A stretch of DNA of 64,000 nucleotides from Acetoanaerobium sp. (GTDB taxonomy: Bacteria > Bacillota > Clostridia > Peptostreptococcales > Filifactoraceae). Numbering within the stretch: position 1 is the first letter of the stretch; each line of letters starts with the position of its first letter. The stretch covers positions 3,853 through 67,852 of the forward strand of contig JBHASY010000132.1 of the NCBI GenBank assembly GCA_041831635.1, in the 5' to 3' direction. The notes beneath the pieces were generated by a model. It made no database searches, was not told the origin of the DNA, and worked only from the letters and a program-made list of their open reading frames with translations. Positions 50,938-59,329 of this stretch are shown here, one piece after another. Made by a program: the position numbers and the translations under genes.

Positions 50938-51540
50938 CTATTTGAGCATATATTTGAGCAAACTTGGAAACTGCTTTAAAAAATGCCTTATATCTTCTTT
51001 TTTCATAAATTTTAGCAGATTATCTATTTCGATTATCACACGCTTTCTTGCGTCTGTGAGCCTTAAACTGTTTAATCCCAGTATATCCAGACTTCTATAT
51101 GCCGGACTTTCGCTGTCTTTTATTCCCTCTTTAGGAAGTATCTCTCCGGTCATAAGGTCATAAACAAAAAATTCGTCAGGAGAAAAATTAACGGGGTCTA
51201 TAAAGTCATCAAAATAATTTGCACCTTTTTTTGTCCCACAGCTTTCTTTTGCATTGCAAGAAACAATCATATTTTCATAGTCCAAGTCTTCATCGGGAAA
51301 TCTGGACTGAGGTCTGATATGTTCTATATGTGAACCGTTTGCACTGTCTGAATTTACCACGATTTCCCTTTCGCAATAAGCACAGTAACATTTAGAGGAT
51401 TTACACTGTTCATTATAAGCGATATAGTGCCTTAGATCTTTTCGCATATCTCCTCGCATATTTTTGTAACTTGCATTGGATTTTTCTTCTATGAACTCCA
51501 ACAAAAAATCAGGAGGAGCTGTCTTTTTAATGTCCAGCAT
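50938..51540 (-). CDS. HNH endonuclease (PtuB/TIGR02646-like)
   Basis: CAYCE, HIEHIRPQ, LDYENMIVSC..SCGTKK, LGLN; overlaps ATPase stop. Confidence 0.85.
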   Translation of the reverse strand: MLDIKKTAPPDFLLEFIEEKSNASYKNMRGDMRKDLRHYIAYNEQCKSSKCYCAYCEREIVVNSDSANGSHIEHIRPQSRFPDEDLDYENMIVSCNAKESCGTKKGANYFDDFIDPVNFSPDEFFVYDLMTGEILPKEGIKDSESPAYRSLDILGLNSLRLTDARKRVIIEIDNLLKFMKKEDIRHFLKQFPSLLKYMLK

Positions 51541-52621
51541 CTCTTAATCCCTTTCTTCTTGCTATTTCTATATTAACCAGCAAAATATCCTGATCTATGG
51601 TTCCTATCACACCGGTAACGTCTTCGTACAGATTTTTAAATTCTTCAGTTTCATAAAGATCATTTCTGACCATATCTTTCAGTTTGTCTATTTTTACTTG
51701 AATATAGGGATTTCTGGTAGTAGAAAGACCCATAATATCAAGAAGTATCATATCCGCAGTCACACCATAGGTTTCGTCTAAAGTATTTCCTTCTATTACA
51801 GTTACCCATCTGTCTTTTTTAGACAATATCTTAAGAGACTCTCTTTTCACTGACGAAATAATGTGCGGCGAATGGGTAGCGATGATTATCTGGTTATCCT
51901 TTCCTACGTTTTTATATACCTCTACTATCCTCTGTTGCCATGACGGGTGAAGAGAAATTTCAGGCTCGTCTATCAAAATCACACAGCCCTCAGGTTCAAG
52001 AGATTTAAGAGACAAAAGTCTGATAAATAACTGTTTTTCTCCTGATGAAAGTCCGTTAATATCAAATTCCACTTTGGACTCGTTTCTAAAAAGAGGCATC
52101 TTAGTTTTTGCATCTTTCATACCTACCAGATAAACATCCATATCCAGTAACGAAAAAATTGAGTTTATCTCATTACATACCTCTTGTATACTCTGTCCTA
52201 CTGTAGATTCCGGATTAGAAAAAATATGTTTGTCAAACTCTTCCTTTATGTAAGAAATTATATCATATGTGCTTTTTTCATCGATCATATACGCTAAAGG
52301 TATTTCACCATCTTCAGTAGATTTGTGAATACATTGAAATCTAACCTCAGATGGAAGATAAATCATCTTCGGAGTTCTTCCTAATTCATCTTCACTTATA
52401 TTCAAATGTAAGTTTACACTGTCATCTTCGTTCGCAATGAATTTGTTTTTTTCCAGCTTTTTAAAAGCTTCAAAAATGCTATACAGCAGTGTAGTCTTAC
52501 CTGAGCCGTTAATACCTGCCAAAACTACGGTGTCCAAAATCTTCTCGTTCTCTGTTTCAAAAGAAATTCTGTTGCTGTCAAATATAGGATGATTGTCAAA
52601 AACTATATCCGAAACTCTCAT
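51527..52621 (-). CDS. AAA_21/ABC-type ATPase (PtuA-like)
   Basis: GINGSGKTT, LSSGEKQ, LIDEPEISLHPSWQ, ATHSPHI, TYG...MG C-terminus; ATG 52621 after GAGGTG. Confidence 0.88.
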   Translation of the reverse strand: MRVSDIVFDNHPIFDSNRISFETENEKILDTVVLAGINGSGKTTLLYSIFEAFKKLEKNKFIANEDDSVNLHLNISEDELGRTPKMIYLPSEVRFQCIHKSTEDGEIPLAYMIDEKSTYDIISYIKEEFDKHIFSNPESTVGQSIQEVCNEINSIFSLLDMDVYLVGMKDAKTKMPLFRNESKVEFDINGLSSGEKQLFIRLLSLKSLEPEGCVILIDEPEISLHPSWQQRIVEVYKNVGKDNQIIIATHSPHIISSVKRESLKILSKKDRWVTVIEGNTLDETYGVTADMILLDIMGLSTTRNPYIQVKIDKLKDMVRNDLYETEEFKNLYEDVTGVIGTIDQDILLVNIEIARRKGLRDAGH

Positions 52622-52857
52622 ACACTTCACCTCTTTCAAAAATATCATACCATATTTACATCTATTCTGCCGAATATTTAATTCTTTTTTAGCCTGCAGT
52701 TTATTTTAAAAAATCCAAAACTCAATAAAATTTGACGGCGAAAAAAGAGATGTCAAAGATGAAAATTGGAAGATGGAATAAAAAACATATTATGCCACGA
52801 AAATTATTCCTTGTGATTGCGGTTATCCTTTGAATATGATAAAAGATACTATATTTT

Positions 52858-53143
52858 TTTAGAGACAGGGGAGACGAAATCCATATTTATCATTTATCGT
52901 TTGCTGAGATGAACAGCTGTTACAAGGATAAAGATAAAGCATGGGAAAATTATGTTCTTTGCGGCGAAATGCCGTTTGTACTTGAGCTTGAAATCTTTGA
53001 AGAAAAGAGCAGATATTTGAAAGGATTATTTGAAGAAACATACATTAAAGATATCATAGATCGAAATCAGATAAAACAGTGAGGAAGTATTGGAAGTTTT
53101 ACCAGACTTTTTATCATCAGCAGTAGGATCACTTACAAATCTC
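52858..53143 (+). pseudogene. Internal fragment of AAA_14/DUF4143-type ATPase
   Basis: FRDRGDEIHIYHLSFAE..AWENY..GEMP..YLKGLFEETYIKDIIDRN, then a shifted frame EEVLEVL.DFLSSAVGSLTN; no start, truncated at both ends. Confidence 0.7.
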
Positions 53144-53156
53144 CTGCCATACCCAT

Positions 53157-53693
53157 TTATAAAAGCAATCTAAGTTTCTTTATAGCATTTCTTTTCAGTT
53201 CCTTTGCATAGACATAAGAAATATCAAGCTCCTTTGCTACAGATTTTAGCAAACCCCTTTCTATAATATGTCTTTGCACTATATATCTTTCCTTTTTAGG
53301 GAGTCCTTTTAATAAATCTTTAAGTTCTATATCAAAATACCCTAATTCGGTTTCAGGCTCCATATACTCTTCGTTATACTCCACCGATTCTGCTTTCTTG
53401 CCCTGCTTTCTTTTTTCATCGAAAAAATAACACCCTAACATTCTCTTCATATATCCCATAAATAACACATTTCTGTTTGTGTCATAGTTGTCAATCAATT
53501 CTATGCTTCTCACATACCCGGTTTGGAGCAAATCATCATCTATGTATCCGAAATAATGCCTTATTTTCTTCTTTATAAGAGGAGTTATATACTCTATTAA
53601 CCTTCTTAAATATTCTTCTTTCTCATTTTCATCGACTGCTTCCTTGTAACCTGTAAGTGCCTGTTCTACCTCTTCGTAAGTATTTTTCTCCAT
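53157..53693 (-). CDS. Small sigma-70 family factor (regions 2 and 4 only)
   Basis: Region 2-like PLIKK..DDLLQTG..I..YD...F.GY; region 4 HTH LPKKER..LKSVAKELDIS....K.NAIKKLR; RBS AGGAGG. Confidence 0.85.
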   Translation of the reverse strand: MEKNTYEEVEQALTGYKEAVDENEKEEYLRRLIEYITPLIKKKIRHYFGYIDDDLLQTGYVRSIELIDNYDTNRNVLFMGYMKRMLGCYFFDEKRKQGKKAESVEYNEEYMEPETELGYFDIELKDLLKGLPKKERYIVQRHIIERGLLKSVAKELDISYVYAKELKRNAIKKLRLLL

Positions 53694-53725
53694 ATTCTTC
53701 CCTCCTAACCTTACATATATTTATC

Positions 53726-53737
53726 GAACATATGTTC
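53726..53737. promoter_or_regulatory. LexA/DinR SOS (Cheo) box
   Basis: Perfect palindrome GAAC-ATAT-GTTC (context CGAACATATGTTCT), 32 nt upstream of sigma gene ATG. Confidence 0.82.
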
Positions 53738-53752
53738 TATATTTAATATACA

Positions 53753-53784
53753 ATATGTATTTAGTTTTGAAAAGGTAGGAAAAA
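53753..53784 (-). promoter_or_regulatory. Bipartite promoter-like motif upstream of sigma gene
   Basis: TTTTTCCTACCTTTT-N10-TACATAT on minus strand; matches 30213-30244. Confidence 0.65.
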
Positions 53785-53789
53785 ATAAA

Positions 53790-53821
53790 AAAATCTCGCT
53801 CTTTTTTATAAACGAGATTTT
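53790..53821 (-). terminator. Terminator after rmlB
   Basis: AAAATCTCG..CGAGATTTT arms with T tract on minus strand. Confidence 0.65.
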
Positions 53822-53921
53822 AAAAGCATTGGAACGTTTTATAAAGTAAATTGTTTTAGATTACATAATAATACAGTCAACAATTACAACTGTCATTCTA
53901 AGCATTGTAAAATGATTTATA

Positions 53922-54980
53922 TCAATTCATTCCTCCGTACATTTTACTGTAATAATTCCTGTATTCATTTGAAATAATCCGGTTTATCCAATTTGTATTA
54001 TCCATATACCATTTTAGTGTAAGGCTTATTCCTTCGTCAAATGTATACTTAGGTTTCCATCCGAGTTCAGTGCTTATCTTTGTATTATCTATGGCATATC
54101 TTCTGTCGTGTCCCAACCTGTCTTTTACATAAGTGATTAAATCCTCTCCCTTTCCAAGTTCTTTTAATATCAGCCTTACTATTTCGAGATTTTGTTTCTC
54201 GTTGTTTGCACCGATATTATATACTTGTCCATACTTTCCTTTATGAAGTACCGCATCTATTGCACTACAGTGATCTTCCACGTAAAGCCAGTCCCTTATA
54301 TGCTTTCCGTCTCCATATACAGGAAGAGGTTTATCATTCATAGCGTTATTTATCATAAGTGGAATAAGTTTCTCAGGGAATTGATATGGTCCGTAGTTAT
54401 TCGAGCATCTTGTTATATTCACAGGAAGTCCGTATGTTTCGCTGTACGCTCTTACTATCATATCTGCTGCGGCCTTTGACGCAGAATAAGGACTGTTCGG
54501 AGAAAGACAGTCAGTCTCAGTAAAAAGTCCGGTCTCTCCTAGTGAGCCGTAGACCTCATCTGTAGATACCTGAACAAATTTAACTCCTTGCTTATACTCT
54601 CTGCAATGTCTATCAAACAAATCTATCTTCCAAAAATCTTTCGCAATGTCGAGCAGTGCCTGAGTTCCGATTACATTTGTCCTGATAAAAATCTCGGGGT
54701 CTTCTATGCTCCTGTCTACATGCGATTCTGCAGCAAAATTGACAACCATATCTATTTCAAATCTTCTAAATATACTCCCTACCAACTCTCTGTTACAAAT
54801 ATCTCCTTTTATGTGTTTATAGTTCGGATTATCTTCCACATCTTCCAGATTTTGCAGATTTCCCGCATAGGTAAGCAAATCTAAGTTTACTATTTTATAA
54901 TCGTAATTTTTTAGCATATATTTTATAAAATTTGAACCTATAAACCCTGCACCACCTGTAACTAGCAAATTCACATTCAT
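53922..54980 (-). CDS. rfbB: dTDP-glucose 4,6-dehydratase
   Basis: TGGAGFIGSN, AAESHVDRS, STDEVYG, YSASK, NNYGPYQFPEK, DRLGHDRRY. Confidence 0.97.
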   Translation of the reverse strand: MNVNLLVTGGAGFIGSNFIKYMLKNYDYKIVNLDLLTYAGNLQNLEDVEDNPNYKHIKGDICNRELVGSIFRRFEIDMVVNFAAESHVDRSIEDPEIFIRTNVIGTQALLDIAKDFWKIDLFDRHCREYKQGVKFVQVSTDEVYGSLGETGLFTETDCLSPNSPYSASKAAADMIVRAYSETYGLPVNITRCSNNYGPYQFPEKLIPLMINNAMNDKPLPVYGDGKHIRDWLYVEDHCSAIDAVLHKGKYGQVYNIGANNEKQNLEIVRLILKELGKGEDLITYVKDRLGHDRRYAIDNTKISTELGWKPKYTFDEGISLTLKWYMDNTNWINRIISNEYRNYYSKMYGGMN

Positions 54981-55167
54981 CTCTCCTAACCTATATCATT
55001 TTTTATCTGTGTAACCTTTTAACTAATTTTATACTATTATACTCCTTTAATCTCAATTACTCTATCGTTTTATTCCGTATATAATATTAAATCAGATATA
55101 AATTAGTTCTAAACGAAAAACTTAAATTGAATGCCAAAAATAAATCAATAGAAACAATTTACTAAAT

Positions 55168-55211
55168 AAAAAACGATGTGTCTGAAATTTAGATTCCGAC
55201 ACACCATTTTT
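55168..55211 (-). terminator. Probable terminator after EF-G paralog
   Basis: TGTGTC..GACACA imperfect stem flanked by A/T tracts. Confidence 0.55.
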
Positions 55212-55221
55212 GTTTTAATTA

Positions 55222-57210
55222 TTAGTTCTCTTCTGTTTTACTTTCTTCTATTATTTTTTGTGCCAACTGACTTGGAACTTCTTCATATCTTTCAAATTCC
55301 ATTTCAAAATAGCCCTTCCCTTGAGTCATAGCCTTTAAGTCTATAGCGTACTTAAATGTTTCTGACTGCGGAGCCTCCGCCATAATCAGTTGCTTAGTTC
55401 CTTTGAAAGGTTCCATTCCCAGAACTTTACCACGCTTTTTATTGATATCTCCCATTATATCTCCCATAAATTCTTCAGGGACTACTATCCTAAGTTTCAT
55501 TACAGGCTCTAGAAGTACAGGTTTTGCTTCTTCCATACCTTTTTTGAAAGCTATATTTGCTGCCAGCTTAAATGCCATTTCCGAAGAGTCTACATCATGG
55601 TAAGAACCATCGTAAAGCACAGCCTTTATATTAGTAACAGGGAAACCTGCGAGGATTCCTTTTTCCATAGACTCTCTAAGTCCTTTTTCAACAGCAGGAA
55701 TATAAGACTTAGGTACAGATCCTCCAAAGATTTCTTCTGCAAACTCAAACGGCTCCGTAGACGGAGAAAATCTGATCTTAACATCTCCATACTGTCCATG
55801 ACCGCCACTTTGCTTTTTATGTTTTCCTTGAACATCTGACTGACCTTTGATAGTTTCTCTGTATGGAACTTTCAGGTCGAGCAGCTTAACTTCTACTCCG
55901 AATTTATCTTTTAACTTATCTTTTAATGAGTTTACATGGATTTCACCCTGTACTCCCAGAACAGTTTGCTTAGTTTCAGCATTTCTTTCCCATGTAAACG
56001 ACGGGTCTTCCTCCATCAACCTTTGAAGCCCTGAAGAAATTTTTTCTTCGTCGCCCTTGTTCGTAGGCTCTACCGCAACTAACATCTGAGGTTTTGGGAA
56101 CATTAAATTATCATAAGCATCATGCCCTGATTTTGAAGTCAAAGTTTCTCCTGTAGAGCTGTCTTGTAGTTTAGTAAACGCAACTATATCTCCTGCTCTT
56201 GCCTCAGACATTTCCTTATATTCTCCATTAACTAAGGTAAATACCTTAGGAACTCTCTCTTTATGGCCTTTATTTACATTAAAAAGTTCAGATTCAGGCT
56301 TTATACTTCCTTCGTGAATTTTCACAAATGAGATTTTCCCTACAAACGGGTCAACTATAGTTTTAAAAATTTGACCTGCAAACACATCTGATTCTTTTAC
56401 ATCTTTTTCATCCAGTGGAGACGGAAGATAATCCCATATCATATCAAGTAAGGTATGAATTCCGATATTCTTTGCTGTAGAGCCGCAAAGTACAGGAATT
56501 ACATCTCCCTCAAGCACACCTTTTCTAAGGCCTTTGTGTATTTCTTCAGTAGTAAATTCTTCTCCACCAAAGTATTTTTCCATCAATTCTTCATCTGATT
56601 CTGCTACTGATTCCATCAGCATTTCTCTTACCGGAGCGATGATATCGTCCATATTTGTAGGCATATCTACCGTAACGCACTCTTTGCCGTTATATTCTCT
56701 TGCAAACATATCAACTACATTTATAAAGCCTTTAAACTCGTCAGCCTTGCCCCATGGCACGTGAAACGGAGCGATTTTCTTTCCATATCTTTCCCTTAGT
56801 TGTTCTAAAATATTATCGTAATCTGATTTTTCACTGTCAATTTTATTTACAAATATAAAACGTGGAGTTTGATACTCGTCTGTAACCTCCAGCGCCTTAT
56901 CTGTTCCTACCTGCAAATCTGTAGTTCCATCTACTACTATTATAGTCCCTGAAGCTGCAGCCATAGCAGATACCACTTCTCCATCGAAATCAAAATATCC
57001 GGGAGTATCCAGGAAATTATACTTGTGGTCATTCCACTCCAGTGAATTAAGATGCATAGAAGAAGTCAGCTTGGCTTCATCAGTCGGTTTAGAAATCCTA
57101 TTTGTCAGCTTTACAGTATAGTGCACCGCCTCCATCAAATTAGATTTCCCTGAACCGCTATGTCCAAGGATTGCAATGTTTCTGATTTTGTCACTCTCGT
57201 AAACCCTCAT
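55222..57210 (-). CDS. Elongation factor G-like protein (EF-G2)
   Basis: GHSGSGKS, DTPGYFDF, NKID, KKQSGGHGQYG, GSYHDVDSSEMAF; outside the str operon. Confidence 0.93.
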   Translation of the reverse strand: MRVYESDKIRNIAILGHSGSGKSNLMEAVHYTVKLTNRISKPTDEAKLTSSMHLNSLEWNDHKYNFLDTPGYFDFDGEVVSAMAAASGTIIVVDGTTDLQVGTDKALEVTDEYQTPRFIFVNKIDSEKSDYDNILEQLRERYGKKIAPFHVPWGKADEFKGFINVVDMFAREYNGKECVTVDMPTNMDDIIAPVREMLMESVAESDEELMEKYFGGEEFTTEEIHKGLRKGVLEGDVIPVLCGSTAKNIGIHTLLDMIWDYLPSPLDEKDVKESDVFAGQIFKTIVDPFVGKISFVKIHEGSIKPESELFNVNKGHKERVPKVFTLVNGEYKEMSEARAGDIVAFTKLQDSSTGETLTSKSGHDAYDNLMFPKPQMLVAVEPTNKGDEEKISSGLQRLMEEDPSFTWERNAETKQTVLGVQGEIHVNSLKDKLKDKFGVEVKLLDLKVPYRETIKGQSDVQGKHKKQSGGHGQYGDVKIRFSPSTEPFEFAEEIFGGSVPKSYIPAVEKGLRESMEKGILAGFPVTNIKAVLYDGSYHDVDSSEMAFKLAANIAFKKGMEEAKPVLLEPVMKLRIVVPEEFMGDIMGDINKKRGKVLGMEPFKGTKQLIMAEAPQSETFKYAIDLKAMTQGKGYFEMEFERYEEVPSQLAQKIIEESKTEEN

Positions 57211-57443
57211 AATACATTCTCCCCTCTTTATGATTAAAGTTTCCAACTTTAATTGGAAAAATTTTTAATCATTTAGCATTTTGCATTAAATTTTTTAAAA
57301 TTCAAACAATTTATTTCCTGAGAATAATTATATCTATATATAACTATAAAATCAACACTTTTACAATCATTAGTACAGTATAAAAAAACTATATAGTTGA
57401 TAGCTATATTCTCATACATATGAAAATCAATACCATTATAAGC

Positions 57444-57531
57444 AAAAAAATAGAACCCTCGGGGAAAGGGTTCTAAATGGGGGGGTTATTTTATGGGCTA
57501 GATAACATCACCATCAAGGTTTGTTACCTTA
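57444..57531 (-). ncRNA. Candidate C-rich small RNA (~88 nt)
   Basis: 5' hairpin AAGGT-AACAA-ACCTT, C7 tract, terminator TAGAACCCT-TTCCCCG-AGGGTTCTA plus T7; upstream GTTT-N15-TGGTAT. Confidence 0.6.
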
Positions 57532-57693
57532 TTATAATATATACCATTTTGGTAAAAATTAAAACATTTTTTTTACAATAATTTTTTTATATCAATATTT
57601 TTTATGTAAATTTTTTAAAATTTGCTATAATATTGTTTAAATACGTACTGAAAAAGGTTTTGATTAAATTATATTTAAAAAGGAGAGATAAAA

Positions 57694-58878
57694 ATGATTT
57701 CTAACAAAATGCAAGCATTAGTTGCAAGCAGTTCTGTAATTCGTGCTATGTTTGACGAAGGAAAAAGATTGGCGAAAATTCACGGTGAAGAAAACGTTTT
57801 TGATTTCAGTATAGGAAATCCTAACGTAGAACCTCCTGCGGTAATAAAAGACTCTATCAAGGATATACTGGACAACGAACCGGCTACATATGTTCATGGC
57901 TATATGAACAACTCGGGTTATGAAGATGTAAGAACTGCTATAGCAGAGCACGAGACAAAAAAACACGGTGTAAAAGTAGATTTTGAAAGTATAGTAATGA
58001 CAGTAGGGGCAGCAGGCGGACTTAATATCATTTTCAAAACTTTTATAAATCCCGGCGACGAAGTAATTACCTTTGCTCCATTCTTTGGAGAGTATAGAGC
58101 ATATGCTGCTAACTACGAAGCAAATTTGGTAACGGTAGAGCCTGATATAGACACTTTTGAACCAAATATCGAAGCACTTAAATCAGCTATCACTCCTAAA
58201 ACTAAAATCGTAATAGTAAATTCTCCGAATAATCCTACAGGAGTAATCTATTCGGATGCAGCTCTTACTAAGCTGGCTGAAGTTATTCAAGAAAAAGAAA
58301 AAGAATTCGGAATCGACATATTCATAGTGTCTGATGAGCCGTACAGAGAAATCGTTTACGATGATGTAAAAGTTCCATGCCTGCTAAAATATCATAAAAA
58401 CACTATCATAGGCTATTCTTACAGTAAATCATTGTCACTTCCGGGAGAGCGTATAGGTTATCTTGTAGTTCATCCTGAAATCGCTGATTTTTCCGATGTG
58501 ATGAGTTCTCTAAATGTTGCTAACCGTATACTTGGATTCGTAAACGCTCCGTCACTTTTCCAAAGAGTAGTAGCAAAGAACCTGACTGCCGAAGTAGATG
58601 TAAATATCTACAAGAAAAATAGAGATGCACTTTATAACCACTTGGTTAAGATAGGATTTAAGTGTGTAAAACCTCAAGGAGCGTTCTACCTGTTCCCAAG
58701 ATCTCCTATAGCAGACGACAAAAAATTCTGCGAGGATGCAAAACAATTTAATCTTCTGTTAGTTCCAGGTTCTGCATTTGGCTGTCCGGGACACTTTAGA
58801 CTGTCTTATTGTATATCTTATGAAAAAATAATTAACTCTCTGCCGGCGTTTGATAAGCTGATAGCGCTTTACAAATAA
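57694..58878 (+). CDS. PLP-dependent aminotransferase class I/II (aspartate aminotransferase-like)
   Basis: NSPNNPTG, SDEPY, SYSKSLSLPGERIGY, PQGAFY. Confidence 0.93.
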   Translation: MISNKMQALVASSSVIRAMFDEGKRLAKIHGEENVFDFSIGNPNVEPPAVIKDSIKDILDNEPATYVHGYMNNSGYEDVRTAIAEHETKKHGVKVDFESIVMTVGAAGGLNIIFKTFINPGDEVITFAPFFGEYRAYAANYEANLVTVEPDIDTFEPNIEALKSAITPKTKIVIVNSPNNPTGVIYSDAALTKLAEVIQEKEKEFGIDIFIVSDEPYREIVYDDVKVPCLLKYHKNTIIGYSYSKSLSLPGERIGYLVVHPEIADFSDVMSSLNVANRILGFVNAPSLFQRVVAKNLTAEVDVNIYKKNRDALYNHLVKIGFKCVKPQGAFYLFPRSPIADDKKFCEDAKQFNLLLVPGSAFGCPGHFRLSYCISYEKIINSLPAFDKLIALYK

Positions 58879-58909
58879 AACCGAAGTTATTAAAAATGTA
58901 TTTTAAATA

Positions 58910-58949
58910 ATATGGTGTAACCCGAAAATGGGATACACCATATCTTTTT
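58910..58949. terminator. Terminator between convergent genes
   Basis: ATATGGTGTA..TACACCATAT stem followed by T tract. Confidence 0.8.
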
Positions 58950-58996
58950 GTTATTCCGAAAAACACAGATTCTGAAATTTTATCGTTTTTTTACTT

Positions 58997-59296
58997 TTAT
59001 CCTTTCAATATATGGTATGGTATAAACTTCGTTTCGTTAGTTTCCGTATTGTGTACAAAGATAATTAAACTCTCTCTGCTCTCAAACACTCCATACCATA
59101 TATTATCTTCAGAAGTTTCAAGTTTGCTTGCATATTCTTGTGCTGATTTGTAAAGATGATATGCAACCAGTTCAGGGTGAGTTCTAAAAAGATACTCCCT
59201 AGCCTCTTGCAAACTGGCGTGAGGCCCGTACTGTCCTGTTATTACTATGTCGTACTTTTCGATTGCTTCATCGGCTATTTTGTTCATATTTACCAT
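58997..59296 (-). CDS. Hypothetical protein (99 aa)
   Basis: GGAGG RBS, co-oriented 33 nt after the SHMT-like gene; no family recognised. Confidence 0.6.
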   Translation of the reverse strand: MVNMNKIADEAIEKYDIVITGQYGPHASLQEAREYLFRTHPELVAYHLYKSAQEYASKLETSEDNIWYGVFESRESLIIFVHNTETNETKFIPYHILKG

Positions 59297-59329
59297 AACA
59301 TTGTTCCTCCCAATTTTGTTTATATATAT

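Noticed and set aside
52650-52860. Retron msr-msd RNA upstream of the PtuA-like gene
   Set aside because: No convincing a1/a2 inverted repeats and no reverse transcriptase in the window
52859-53041. 60-aa minus-strand ORF
   Set aside because: Antisense to the plus-strand ATPase pseudogene fragment
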